A stretch of 64,000 bases of DNA from Candidatus Cloacimonadales bacterium (GCA_963665815.1 OY762463.1:3040001-3104000); one strand, 5' to 3'. Shown: positions 49,536 through 59,800, numbered from the stretch's first letter. Numbers and translations: made by a program. Notes: generated by a model not told the origin, from the sequence alone.

Positions 49536-50804
49536 TTGAAATCGGTTAAGTATTTAATTGTTGTCATAGTAATTGTGATAGCCCTGATAGGATGCGGAAA
49601 GAAACCTGATCCGGAAACTACTTCTGATATCAGCAAGCGAGATGAAATTGACGTTCTCATAGACTCTATTCTTAAAGCAAAAAGTGAAGCCGAAAAAGAA
49701 TTGATTGCTTTAAAAGACAGTCTTGATGCTGACAGCTGTTTTTCTGTAGATAATTCCCCGGAATACATGGAAGGAATTTATGTAACGTCCTATACTGCTT
49801 TTTCCAAAGGTTTCGATTCTCTTCTTGATAGTGCAAAGGCAGCAGGTATTAATTCAGTAGTTTTCGATCTGAAAGATATGAATGGTACAGTTTTTTGTAA
49901 AGTACCAGATAAATACAAGACTATTGAGCATGACTGGCGAAAATTCCTTAACGTTAAGAAAACCGTTAAGAAAATTCATGATAGAGGAATGTATGCAATA
50001 GGACGAGTTGTGATGTTCCATAACATTCACGTTGCAACTAATGACAGTATTTACTGTCCTTCCGACAGTATTGGCAGAAGATGGGTGGAGAGTAATGTGA
50101 AGGGACCTTCCTGGCTTGATTCTTCTAATCCAGAAGTGCAGAGAGATCTCAAGAACCTTGTATCTTATTTTGCTCAAACCGGCATTGATGAAATTCAAAT
50201 GGACTATATCAGATTCCCTACTCAAGGCAATCTGGATAATGCCAGATTTTACTTTCAGGCGGAAGAAGCCGGAAAACAAGTTCTCGATTCATTATATGTT
50301 CCGAGGCAGAAACCGGACATTATAACGGAATTTGTGAAAGACATTTCTAACATATGCAGGCAGAATAACGTATGCCTTACAGCAGATGTCTTCGCAATAA
50401 TTGCCTGGCAGAGTGAAAGAGATATTCAGAATACCGGGCAAAATCTGAAAAGAATGACAAAACACCTGCAGCGTATTCACCCTATGATTTATTCATCGCA
50501 TTTCAACTCAAACTTTGCATATAGAGAAAATGTAGAGAATGAACCTTATCAGATTGTGTATACATGTGGGAAACAGATTATGGACCATACCGATCCAAAG
50601 TGTAAAGTGATTCCATACATACAGGCTAACAACTGGCATGTTAACTACACTGAGCACTATATTAATGCCCAGATAGAAGCAGTACATAACCTTGGTTGTG
50701 AAGGTTATATCCTGTGGAACGCAGAAAACAATTACTACAGAACTCTCAGATGGCTAAAAAAACTGCGAACCGAATATCCTGAGATATTCAAAGCGTCTAA
50801 TTAA
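49536..50804 (+). CDS. Putative glycoside hydrolase lipoprotein (DUF4015-like TIM barrel)
   Basis: Lipobox LIGC; GIYVT, NSVVFDLKD, DEIQMDYIRFP, PMIYSSH and ILWN motifs. Confidence 0.75.
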   Translation: MKSVKYLIVVIVIVIALIGCGKKPDPETTSDISKRDEIDVLIDSILKAKSEAEKELIALKDSLDADSCFSVDNSPEYMEGIYVTSYTAFSKGFDSLLDSAKAAGINSVVFDLKDMNGTVFCKVPDKYKTIEHDWRKFLNVKKTVKKIHDRGMYAIGRVVMFHNIHVATNDSIYCPSDSIGRRWVESNVKGPSWLDSSNPEVQRDLKNLVSYFAQTGIDEIQMDYIRFPTQGNLDNARFYFQAEEAGKQVLDSLYVPRQKPDIITEFVKDISNICRQNNVCLTADVFAIIAWQSERDIQNTGQNLKRMTKHLQRIHPMIYSSHFNSNFAYRENVENEPYQIVYTCGKQIMDHTDPKCKVIPYIQANNWHVNYTEHYINAQIEAVHNLGCEGYILWNAENNYYRTLRWLKKLRTEYPEIFKASN

Positions 50805-50814
50805 TTTTCAGATT

Positions 50815-53800
50815 CTAATTGTTGATATAATTCTTTGTTATTCTGTAGAATGTAGGCTTGGAGATATCCAGGAATTTCATGACATCTTCTATAGATCCCA
50901 GTTGATTCTTTAGCCAGACAGCATATTCTCCGACAATATCCTTTGAATCCCATTTATAGTCGAGTTTAACAACAAATTTCTCTGATTTAAGCGTATTGAC
51001 CAGTTCTGGTTGAAGTAAAGCTCTGTATACTGCATATTCCAGTTCTCTGATATTCATAGACCATTCCTGATGCTGCCATTGAGTAACCTGTTCACGCGGA
51101 ATTCGACTAACTTCAATAGATGGATTAGTTTTAATGAATTTACCGGTGAAATGATCAACCAGAACAGGAATATCTTCAGTATGCTCTCTCAATGGAGGTA
51201 CATTGATTTGAAACTGCCTGATACGTGCATAAAGGTCTTTTCTGAATCTTCCTGACCTGACTTCATCTTCCAGATTTCTGTTCGTTGCAAAAACAAATCT
51301 TGTATTAGTAGTCTTTACTCTTGTATCCCCAACGGAAGTGAATGTTCTTTCCTGTAAGAGTCTCAGCAGCTTAGGTTGGAGTTCAAGCGGTAATTCACCA
51401 ATCTCATCAAAGAACAGAGTTCCGTTTTCAGCTGCCTCTATAAAACCCTTTTTGTCCTCATGAGCTCCTGAGAATGAACCTTTCTTGTGTCCGAACAACT
51501 CAGATTCAAACAGTTCTCGTGGAATTGTAGTACTGTTTATTATAATAAGTTCGCCTTTCTGACTGCCTTCTTCGTATAAGGCACGAGCAACAAGTTCTTT
51601 TCCTACTCCGGATTCACCACTTATTAAAACGGCATAAGGTATGGATGATATACTTACTATCTGTTTTTTCAGCAGATTCATCAAACGGCTTTGCCCTACT
51701 ATTCCATGAAAATCAGCCTGAGCATCTGCAGACATTGTTGTTTTCTGTCTGAACAGCTTATCAACAACAATACCTGTAAGAGAAGCGATTGTTTCGAGAT
51801 GAGTGACTTTCTGATCAGGAAGAGGTTTCATATGTTGTCGTGTATGAATATAGATAGTACCTATCAGGTTTTCTCCGACTATCATTGGAACACAGAGAGC
51901 ATTCTTAATCTGCAGCCTGTGTATACTACCGGACATATTGTCCTCAGAAGTGTTGAAAGAAAAAGTTTTGTTAAGGTTCCTCTTGTAAGTAGCCATAATC
52001 TGGCTGCTGTAATGAATTGCCTCCATTCCTTCAGAATAGTCATCGGTAATGTTTACAATGGGAGTAAAATTCTTAATGTTCGAGTCATAAATAAATGTTA
52101 TTACTTTCTCATAGTCAAAGACCATATAGACTATTTCCGACAGAACACGTTGAATTTCCATCAAATCCCTGCTGTGAATAATTCTGCTGATGATAGTCAT
52201 ATAATCAAGAGATTCTTTTGCCACAAGAGACTGCTCTCTTTCCAGATAGCTGCTGAGTTCCAGACATCTATTGAAAAGTCCAAGTCTGTTGAACACTGAC
52301 AGTGCAATTGAAAAGAAATAGGACGATCTCTGCTTCTGTCCGAGTTCAATCAGTGAAAGCCCTGCAAAATAGGAGTTTTCACCAGCAATATATTCAGATT
52401 GAGCTTCGTATTTTGTCAGCTCCACCAGAAGGTGATATTCCTTGTTGTTAAAATCATCCTGAAGGCGATTAAGCTCAGAAACAGGAGCAATCTGCTCATC
52501 TGAATTTGTTCTCAGCAATCTGTATAAGTATTCACATCTTTCATCATTGAGGAAGTGTTTGGCCGAATATAGGATTGCATCAAGTTCATCTGAGTATTTT
52601 CTTTTTATTACATGAAGCTGCTGCTTAATTAACTTTACAAGAGCCTGTGAAAGTTTCAGTTTCTTATCTGACACACTGATTTCAAGATACTTAATCAATG
52701 CTGATGGCAGGTCTTCTTTAGGAATAACATCGATGTAGTTCTCAATATAATCCAGTAGTTTTCCATATTTCAATTGCTTGTAATACATATCTATTACATT
52801 TGCAGAGATAAATGCAGTTTGCTCAGTAGGTTTCACATTGCTTAGAACATGAGTAATACTGTTTGCCAGATAGAGTTTTCCACTTGAATCAAGTACAGAT
52901 AATAATCTTACAAGACACTTATTCAGAAGATAATCACTCCCAAACTCAAGTGCAAGTGTTAATATGTAAGTCCACCCATCCGGATCATACATACCTCTAT
53001 GGTAATAGTAACCTGAGAGCAGGTCTATTATATCAATAACATCCACTGCAGTCCTCAGAGCTTCCTCAATGTAAACGTATTTATCCTCACTGTAATTATT
53101 GAGAATGTAATACGCCAGTTTTTCAAACTCACAATGCCCGGATTCAACCATTTCTTCTATTCCACTGATATCATTACTGAAATTCTTGTTGATTATATTT
53201 AGAAAACTTTCCAGCTTCTTATTCCCCTTGCTTTCCGGTTGTATAAATATGTTATTAAATTCTCCTGAATGATGAAAATGAATTGTTATCCAGAGAATCC
53301 AGAATTTAACATAATCATCACCTTTGGGATTATGCTTCGAAAAATAGTTCGTCAGGAATTTCTCAGACTCTAAGAAGTAACCGTTTCTATAGATAAGTCT
53401 CGCAGCTGTAAGGGCATCATCAATATTTACTTTTAGCAGAATATCAATATTTTGTACAAGATTATCTATTGATTTGCTGAGCCCCTGTATTTTAAAGTTC
53501 ATTATTGAATCAGAAATCTCTGATATATTCATTTCTCTGTCCGGGTACAGGACAAATTCATTGTTTTCAAAAACCAGTGTTTTCCCATTCCATATTATGG
53601 ACTCATTAGCAACAATAAAATCAAGAGGCTGCCCTGCTTTCTTCAAACTTGCTAATTCTCTCAAAGATGTTATTCTTTGTGGCAATCCCGATGAGTTATA
53701 TTTCTTATAGATACCATATGATTCTCTGAATGAAATCTTAACTGTCAGAAGAGCATCCATCAGAACCTGATGAAACTCCACAAAAGATTTATATTCAAAT

Positions 53801-54489
53801 CGCTGATTGGCTGCCTTTATTTGTCCCTGGCAGTTTTCGAAATAGTATTTATCTAAATTATCGATTCTCTTAACAGGGTTCTTACCACATACATCAAGAA
53901 TATTGGTTTTATAAGGAAGAGTAATCAGTGGATCCTCATCATTCTCCAGCATCTCTCGAATAATACTCTCAGGTTTTTGTAAAGAGGCAAAGATCAAACC
54001 AAGAGTATACAAGTTTGACTTCCAGTTAAGCACTCCTTTCTGCTGTTCAGGAGCCGCCCAGTCAATTGTCAGTACTTCTTTATGAGGAGTTATGTCTATT
54101 AACTTAATTGTTGGTTCATCATCAACTAGTGAAACCAGAATATGTTCCGGTTTGAAGTCACCTATAAATATATCCTTATACTTGAGAAATCTCAGAAAAT
54201 CAACTAACTTCTGCCATAGTGTTTCTGTGTACTCAGGATGTTTTTTTAGAAACACTGTTATCATTTCACCGGGGAAAAAGGCGTATTCCAGGATTGCATT
54301 TGTCTCATCTACTTTATAATCAAGTAAATCAATAATCATCGGGTGACGATACTTTTTCAGAAAATCTATTTCACTGTTTATCTGAAACAAAAGATTTGGA
54401 GTTAATGATTTCCATACTTTTATAAGCTTATTTCCGCTTTTGATTACTTCATATATTTCTGATTTCCTGATAATCTGTAAATTACTCAT
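50815..54489 (-). CDS. Multidomain sigma54-type enhancer-binding protein: kinase-like domain, helical/TPR-like region, GAF, AAA+ and HTH
   Basis: N-terminal GDFKPEHIL and WAAPEQ; GAF-like ALCVPM...IGTIYI; GESGVGKE, ESELFGH, GSFSGA, FFDEIGE, LQPKLLR and NIREL; C-terminal HTH. Confidence 0.88.
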   Translation of the reverse strand: MSNLQIIRKSEIYEVIKSGNKLIKVWKSLTPNLLFQINSEIDFLKKYRHPMIIDLLDYKVDETNAILEYAFFPGEMITVFLKKHPEYTETLWQKLVDFLRFLKYKDIFIGDFKPEHILVSLVDDEPTIKLIDITPHKEVLTIDWAAPEQQKGVLNWKSNLYTLGLIFASLQKPESIIREMLENDEDPLITLPYKTNILDVCGKNPVKRIDNLDKYYFENCQGQIKAANQRFEYKSFVEFHQVLMDALLTVKISFRESYGIYKKYNSSGLPQRITSLRELASLKKAGQPLDFIVANESIIWNGKTLVFENNEFVLYPDREMNISEISDSIMNFKIQGLSKSIDNLVQNIDILLKVNIDDALTAARLIYRNGYFLESEKFLTNYFSKHNPKGDDYVKFWILWITIHFHHSGEFNNIFIQPESKGNKKLESFLNIINKNFSNDISGIEEMVESGHCEFEKLAYYILNNYSEDKYVYIEEALRTAVDVIDIIDLLSGYYYHRGMYDPDGWTYILTLALEFGSDYLLNKCLVRLLSVLDSSGKLYLANSITHVLSNVKPTEQTAFISANVIDMYYKQLKYGKLLDYIENYIDVIPKEDLPSALIKYLEISVSDKKLKLSQALVKLIKQQLHVIKRKYSDELDAILYSAKHFLNDERCEYLYRLLRTNSDEQIAPVSELNRLQDDFNNKEYHLLVELTKYEAQSEYIAGENSYFAGLSLIELGQKQRSSYFFSIALSVFNRLGLFNRCLELSSYLEREQSLVAKESLDYMTIISRIIHSRDLMEIQRVLSEIVYMVFDYEKVITFIYDSNIKNFTPIVNITDDYSEGMEAIHYSSQIMATYKRNLNKTFSFNTSEDNMSGSIHRLQIKNALCVPMIVGENLIGTIYIHTRQHMKPLPDQKVTHLETIASLTGIVVDKLFRQKTTMSADAQADFHGIVGQSRLMNLLKKQIVSISSIPYAVLISGESGVGKELVARALYEEGSQKGELIIINSTTIPRELFESELFGHKKGSFSGAHEDKKGFIEAAENGTLFFDEIGELPLELQPKLLRLLQERTFTSVGDTRVKTTNTRFVFATNRNLEDEVRSGRFRKDLYARIRQFQINVPPLREHTEDIPVLVDHFTGKFIKTNPSIEVSRIPREQVTQWQHQEWSMNIRELEYAVYRALLQPELVNTLKSEKFVVKLDYKWDSKDIVGEYAVWLKNQLGSIEDVMKFLDISKPTFYRITKNYINN

Positions 54490-54909
54490 AACATAAACAT
54501 CCTTTAAAAAATTTACACTCTAATTATCAAAACTGAGACTGCAATGTCAAGCAAGTATTAGCTCTATTTATTTATTTTTCAGCAAATTAAAAATCGGCTG
54601 TGCATAAGTATTAGTTATTGTATCATATTTGAGAATGAACTTTTCATGTGTATCTTCTTAATATATGAAATTCCAGTATATTATGTTTAAAATTCATGAT
54701 TGAAAATACTTTGCTATATTAAACACTTTGTTTGTCATTATTATTGCAAGAGAGCTATGTAGAAGAACAAAAGCAGCAAGTTTTATCAATAATGACGGGA
54801 TCATTTCTCGAGTAATATTCCTGTTTAATGGGATCATCACAAAAAAAGCTGGACACTGAACATGTAATCCTCTCTCATTGATTGTAATACAAATTCTGAA
54901 GGATTTCGG

Positions 54910-56046
54910 ATGAAAATTAAGAAATTCAATGCGCAAACTGAGCACGAAGCATTTCAGCAGATAAAGGAAGAATTCGGTGAAGATGCTCTCATATTGAACT
55001 CAAAACGGATTAAAGATCCGGACACCGGTAAAAAGACTTATGAAGTAACTGCTGCAATCGATAAAAAAGAGAAAGAAACAGCTCTCCCGAAGCAGACTTT
55101 CAAACAGGTTGTACAGGCAGTACCTAAAGCAGGTATTCAGTCTGTTAACAATCAGCAATACAAAATACTTCACAAGGAAATAGATTATATTTCCGAACGG
55201 ATCGAACTACTTGTTAACCATTTCAAGTATGAAAATCTGCCTCATATTCCAAAACTTTTACAGCAGCAGGTTAAACACCTGATTAAATCAGGAGTATCAC
55301 CATCTCTTGCCAACACTATGGCTGAAGAACTTGTTCTTCACCTAAAGGGAGAAGAGTTGTTGAGTATAGATATAATAAACAATAAGCTGCACCAGAAAAT
55401 CAAAAGCAGATTATCTGTTACCGGGCCTGTAAGATTTAACAAGAGCACTCCTACAACCGTGATGTTCATAGGACCTGCAGGTTGCGGTAAATCAACAACA
55501 ATAGCCAAATTTGCTGCAATGTATAAATATACATATTCGAAGAAAGTGGCAATCATATCAATTGACAGTTACAGAATAGCGGCAATGGAACAAATTAAGG
55601 CTTTTGCTCAAATAGCTAAAATAAGATTTGAACCGGCTTATGATAATGAAGAAATGATTGCAAAAACAAAAGCACTCTCAGACTTCGATCTGATCATTAT
55701 CGATTCTCCGGGAGTAAATACAAAAAACGTTAAAAATATGATACACCTGAAGGAAAGTGCAAGAGTTGCAAAAACTGATGAGATAGTACTCGTTTTAAGT
55801 ATGACAACTAAGATATCTGACCTTAAAGACTATTTAAAGGGATTTGGAATAATGAATTATGCCAGCATTATACTCACGAAACTCGATGATACATCAAGTT
55901 GCGGAGAAATTCTGAACCTTGTAAACGATTTTGAAAAACCTGTATCCTATATATGTTTCGGTCAGAATATACCGGAAGATATTGCAATTGCAGACCGAAA
56001 CGAACTGGCTAGTATTATTCTCAGAGGTAAATATGGAATTTCATAA
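54910..56046 (+). CDS. flhF: Flagellar biosynthesis SRP-family GTPase FlhF
   Basis: MKIKKF.A...I+EEFGEDALIL N-terminus; GPAGCGKST, DSYRIAA.EQ, TKLD and GQNIPEDI motifs. Confidence 0.93.
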   Translation: MKIKKFNAQTEHEAFQQIKEEFGEDALILNSKRIKDPDTGKKTYEVTAAIDKKEKETALPKQTFKQVVQAVPKAGIQSVNNQQYKILHKEIDYISERIELLVNHFKYENLPHIPKLLQQQVKHLIKSGVSPSLANTMAEELVLHLKGEELLSIDIINNKLHQKIKSRLSVTGPVRFNKSTPTTVMFIGPAGCGKSTTIAKFAAMYKYTYSKKVAIISIDSYRIAAMEQIKAFAQIAKIRFEPAYDNEEMIAKTKALSDFDLIIIDSPGVNTKNVKNMIHLKESARVAKTDEIVLVLSMTTKISDLKDYLKGFGIMNYASIILTKLDDTSSCGEILNLVNDFEKPVSYICFGQNIPEDIAIADRNELASIILRGKYGIS

Positions 56047-56842
56047 TGAAGAAACTAAAATCAGAAATATAAACAGGAAATCAAGCAGTAAAACCAGATA
56101 TGCCAAGATGATCGCCATCACCAGCGGCAAGGGTGGTGTAGGAAAAAGTAACTTTATTCTAAATTTAGCAATATCTATGTCGATAAGAAATAAAAAGGTG
56201 CTTCTGATTGATGCAGACATGAACCTGTCTAATCTGGATATTCTTCTTGGACTGTATCCTCAGCACACACTTTCTGATCTTTTGAATGATGAGATAACAG
56301 TGGATAATCTGCTTGTTGAAGGTCCTAAAGGCGTCAAAATACTTCCTGCAGCATCAGGAGATATCAGAGTTATGCAGAACTCAAGTAAACTGCAGAAAGC
56401 TCTTATTCAGGTATACAAGGAGTTGCGAAAAGATTTTGATTTCATACTGATAGACACAGGAGCCGGAATCAGTGAGAACACAATGGAATTTGTTTATACT
56501 GCTGATAAAATTGTGATAATCACGACTCCTGAACCAACAGCTATTACAGATGCCTATGCTATGATGAAAATGCTCTTTTACCATATGAGAGCTCCGGACA
56601 TGTCTGTTGTGATAAACATGGCACACACAGATAACGAGGCTGAGAATATTTTTAAAAAAATTAGTCAAATTTTACAGCATTTTCTGAATAAACAAGTAAA
56701 TTATCTTGGGAACGTGCTTTATGATAAGCATCTCCCTGAGTCGGTTAAGGAACAGATACCTTTGATTTTGAAACATCCGAGGTCTTCTGCTTCAGCAAAT
56801 ATACATAATATTGCTATAAAGATTATGAAACAGTATAAGTAA
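56033..56842 (+). CDS. flhG: MinD-like ATPase FlhG/FleN
   Basis: ITSGKGGVGKS, DAD..L.N.D, IDTGAGI and TPEPTAITDAYA motifs; follows flhF; start ATG 56033. Confidence 0.9.
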   Translation: MEFHNEETKIRNINRKSSSKTRYAKMIAITSGKGGVGKSNFILNLAISMSIRNKKVLLIDADMNLSNLDILLGLYPQHTLSDLLNDEITVDNLLVEGPKGVKILPAASGDIRVMQNSSKLQKALIQVYKELRKDFDFILIDTGAGISENTMEFVYTADKIVIITTPEPTAITDAYAMMKMLFYHMRAPDMSVVINMAHTDNEAENIFKKISQILQHFLNKQVNYLGNVLYDKHLPESVKEQIPLILKHPRSSASANIHNIAIKIMKQYK

Positions 56843-56857
56843 AAATTCGGAGTTTTA

Positions 56858-57142
56858 ATGATTGCTCGCATAAGGTTGAAAGCTTTTATTAACGCAGTAT
56901 CACTACTGATGTTTTTTGTAACGTTTTTTACCAATTACTTTATGTACGGAGCAATGCTTATGGAAGCATTCATAAGAGGTGTTGTGAGTTTTTTTGTGGC
57001 TTTTGTTATAATTCATCTATTACTGTTTGTCTGGAAATTCGCTTTCAGTCCGGGGGAATGGAAACTTATCGTTGATGGTGAACCTGAGATTATTAAGGAA
57101 GAGATTTCCGAAGAGGAAGAAGAAGCTGTAGAAGGAGCTTAA
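56858..57142 (+). CDS. Small two-TM protein with acidic tail
   Basis: 94 aa, two hydrophobic helices and an EEEEE tail; 15 bp after flhG. Confidence 0.7.
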   Translation: MIARIRLKAFINAVSLLMFFVTFFTNYFMYGAMLMEAFIRGVVSFFVAFVIIHLLLFVWKFAFSPGEWKLIVDGEPEIIKEEISEEEEEAVEGA

Positions 57143-58999
57143 TTAATCCGATTCTTTTGAAAACATCAATTTAAACAGACTATCAGAAAGCGTATTGATT
57201 GAAAAAGGTTTGCTTATAAATTCAATGTCATTTTCAAGAACTTTTTTCAATGTAGCATGTTCTCGAGAATACCCCGATGTAAATATGACTTTCAGATCCG
57301 GAATCTGCATAAGTAATCTGTCCGCAAGTACTCTACCATTTTCCTCGGGAAGAATTACATCTGTGAGAAGTATATCTATTTTGCACTGTGGATTTTCAAT
57401 AATAACATCAACTTCACTGATATCCGCAGCTGCCAGAACATTGTAATTCAGATCTATCAGCATCTGAGTAATTAATTCCCTTACGAAACTGTCATCTTCT
57501 ACAACCAGAACAGTTTCTTTTCTACCATAATGCATTTCTTCGATTTCTGTCTTGTTTATTTTGATAACTTTTTTGGATACAGGCCATAATATCTTAAATG
57601 TTGTTCCATGATTTATCTCACTGTAACAAGTCACAAAACCTTTATTCTGCTTAACAATACCATAGATTGTTGCCAAACCGAGACCGGTACCTCTGCCAAC
57701 TTCCTTTGTTGTAAAAAATGGTTCAAAGATTCTATCCTTGACTTCTTTACTCATCCCCATACCGGTATCACTGACTGTAATCAAGATGAATTCATCTGAT
57801 TCGCATCCATCAAATTCTTTAACAAAACTGTTACTGAGAGAAATACTGTCTGTCTCAATTAGAATTCTTTTCACTGCATCTGACTTATTTTCGTTGATTG
57901 CATCTTTTGCGTTAATCACCAGATTCATAAGAATCTGCTCAATCTGTCCTACATCTGCATCAATATTATTCAGATTCTTGCTTAACTTTAATTCAAGACG
58001 AATATCTTCAGGAATCAATCTCCTTAACATCGTAAATGAGACATCAATAAGCTCATTAATGTTAATTGTTTCCGGCTTTATCAGCTCTTGTCGGCTGAAA
58101 GCAAGAAGCTGCCTGGTCATTTGTGAGGCTCTGATTCCTGCCTCGTGTATCTGTCTCATATAATTAGAATCTCGTTTATTCAACATACTTGTTAATAAAA
58201 GCTCAGAATAACCGTTAATAACCGTAAGAATATTGTTAAAATCGTGAGCAATTCCCCCCGCAAGTCGTCCTATAGCTTCCATTTTCTGGGACTGACGAAG
58301 AGCTTTTTCTGTTTTCTTGTATTGTGTCACATCTTCAATAATACCGTCAATCACTTCACCATCTGATGAATAACTGAAACTGGCGGTTACATGCGCACAG
58401 ATTGTTGAACCATCTTTTTTTCTTAAAGAAAGCTCTTCTCTATATACCCTTCTATCTGAATATATTTTCCTGATAAATCCAATTCTTTTATCTTTATCTT
58501 GATAAATATCACTAACCGACACTTTCAGAAGTTCTTCTTTGGAGTCATATCCGAGGATTTCTACAAGCGAAGTGTTTACCATGATAAATCTTCCGTTTTC
58601 AGCAGGTAAATTCCTGTAGAGCCCTATGGGAAGATTTTCTGAAAGTCTGTCATACTGTCTCTCGAGCCTGAGCACTTTAGTCTGAGTTGTTCGTTTTTCT
58701 TTGAATTCAGCAAGATATTTACGACTGATTCTTCTGATATAATAAACACAGATACTCAACAATGCTACACAGATAATAATTACTGACATCAAGATAATAA
58801 CTGTAGTACTGATTTGCTCGGAATTGCTGTTGACAGAAGAGCTTATAGACTGATTCTTCTGAGAAGAACTATCTGATTCGTAAGTAGAATTTTGCGCAAT
58901 ATTATCGTTCGTCAGCATAGGCGTATTCGCTTGAACAAGATCTGTGCTGAAGCATAATAATGCTGACAGTAATATTAAGGTTGCAAAAATATATTTCAT
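57143..58999 (-). CDS. Membrane-anchored hybrid histidine kinase, PAS-HisKA-HATPase-REC
   Basis: [38 protein letters not shown] and a C-terminal receiver (VVEDD, LTDVILP, KPF); likely start ATG 58999. Confidence 0.92.
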   Translation of the reverse strand: MKYIFATLILLSALLCFSTDLVQANTPMLTNDNIAQNSTYESDSSSQKNQSISSSVNSNSEQISTTVIILMSVIIICVALLSICVYYIRRISRKYLAEFKEKRTTQTKVLRLERQYDRLSENLPIGLYRNLPAENGRFIMVNTSLVEILGYDSKEELLKVSVSDIYQDKDKRIGFIRKIYSDRRVYREELSLRKKDGSTICAHVTASFSYSSDGEVIDGIIEDVTQYKKTEKALRQSQKMEAIGRLAGGIAHDFNNILTVINGYSELLLTSMLNKRDSNYMRQIHEAGIRASQMTRQLLAFSRQELIKPETININELIDVSFTMLRRLIPEDIRLELKLSKNLNNIDADVGQIEQILMNLVINAKDAINENKSDAVKRILIETDSISLSNSFVKEFDGCESDEFILITVSDTGMGMSKEVKDRIFEPFFTTKEVGRGTGLGLATIYGIVKQNKGFVTCYSEINHGTTFKILWPVSKKVIKINKTEIEEMHYGRKETVLVVEDDSFVRELITQMLIDLNYNVLAAADISEVDVIIENPQCKIDILLTDVILPEENGRVLADRLLMQIPDLKVIFTSGYSREHATLKKVLENDIEFISKPFSINTLSDSLFKLMFSKESD

Positions 59000-59312
59000 A
59001 TCAAACTCATTTTGACAAAAAGTGGACATTAGCAGTACATAATGTCAAGAAATTTATATTTCTGCTGTATTTTTTTTGATAAACTAACTTTGTCTTACAT
59101 GTTGTTTTAGCCTCATTGAGAAGTAATTCTCTCATTTTCATGTTAATTCATTGAAAAGTTTAGTAATTTATTTTTTAACAAAAATAGCAATTCTTGATCA
59201 TAAAAAATGTAAAATTCTAAGGGTTGAGGTTTAAAAGGCTGATGAGTTTATCAACAGCCAGATGTATTTGTAAAACTCAGTTTAATATTTCAGAGTTACT
59301 GTAATTTCCGTT

Positions 59313-59768
59313 TTATAACTCTCTTAATTTTCTTGCAGGATTTCCGGCATAGATACCCGGTTGTGTAATATCTTTTGTAACTACAGCTCCGGCTCCTATT
59401 ACTGTATTTTCGCATATTGTTACTGGAAGTATTGTTGCATTCGAACCGATAGATACATTGTTGCCAATGTTAGTTGCTGCCCACAAATCAGGGCTGCCGT
59501 GAGCTGGAGCTCCTTCTTTGAACAGATCATTGATAAACATTACACCATGCCCAATGAAACATTTTTCACCAATTGAAACAAATTCACAAATGAATGAATG
59601 AGATTGTACTCTGGTTTCAGCACCAATTTTAACATTTTTCTGAATCTCTACAAAAGGTCCGATAAAAACATCATTTCCAATTGTGCATCCGTACATATTT
59701 ACCGGTTCAACTATTGTAACATTATTCCCCAAAGTTACATCTTTAATACCAACACTAAGCTTTCTCAT
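59313..59768 (-). CDS. Hexapeptide-repeat (left-handed beta-helix) sugar N-acetyltransferase, FdtC/WxcM-like
   Basis: IGPFVEIQ, FIGHGVMFIND and IGAGAVVTKD...YAGNPA motifs. Confidence 0.85.
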   Translation of the reverse strand: MRKLSVGIKDVTLGNNVTIVEPVNMYGCTIGNDVFIGPFVEIQKNVKIGAETRVQSHSFICEFVSIGEKCFIGHGVMFINDLFKEGAPAHGSPDLWAATNIGNNVSIGSNATILPVTICENTVIGAGAVVTKDITQPGIYAGNPARKLREL

Positions 59769-59776
59769 AATTCCTC

Positions 59777-59800
59777 AAAAAAAGGGCTGCAAGGCAGCCC
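59777..59800 (-). terminator. Intrinsic terminator-like hairpin between the cupin and acetyltransferase genes
   Basis: Minus strand GGGCTGC-CTT-GCAGCCC followed by TTTTTTT. Confidence 0.75.

Noticed and set aside
51691-52299. 202-aa + strand ORF, and other long antisense ORFs such as 16221-16853 and 7817-8269
   Set aside because: They lie opposite well-supported genes and have no recognisable motifs; treated as shadow ORFs.
54733-54748. Sigma54-like promoter TGTCAT-TATTA-TTGCA upstream of flhF
   Set aside because: The spacing is right but the invariant -24 GG is GT, so it was not called.
54694-54945. 83-aa minus-strand ORF in the activator/flhF intergenic region
   Set aside because: It overlaps the flhF start on the opposite strand and has no RBS or motif support.
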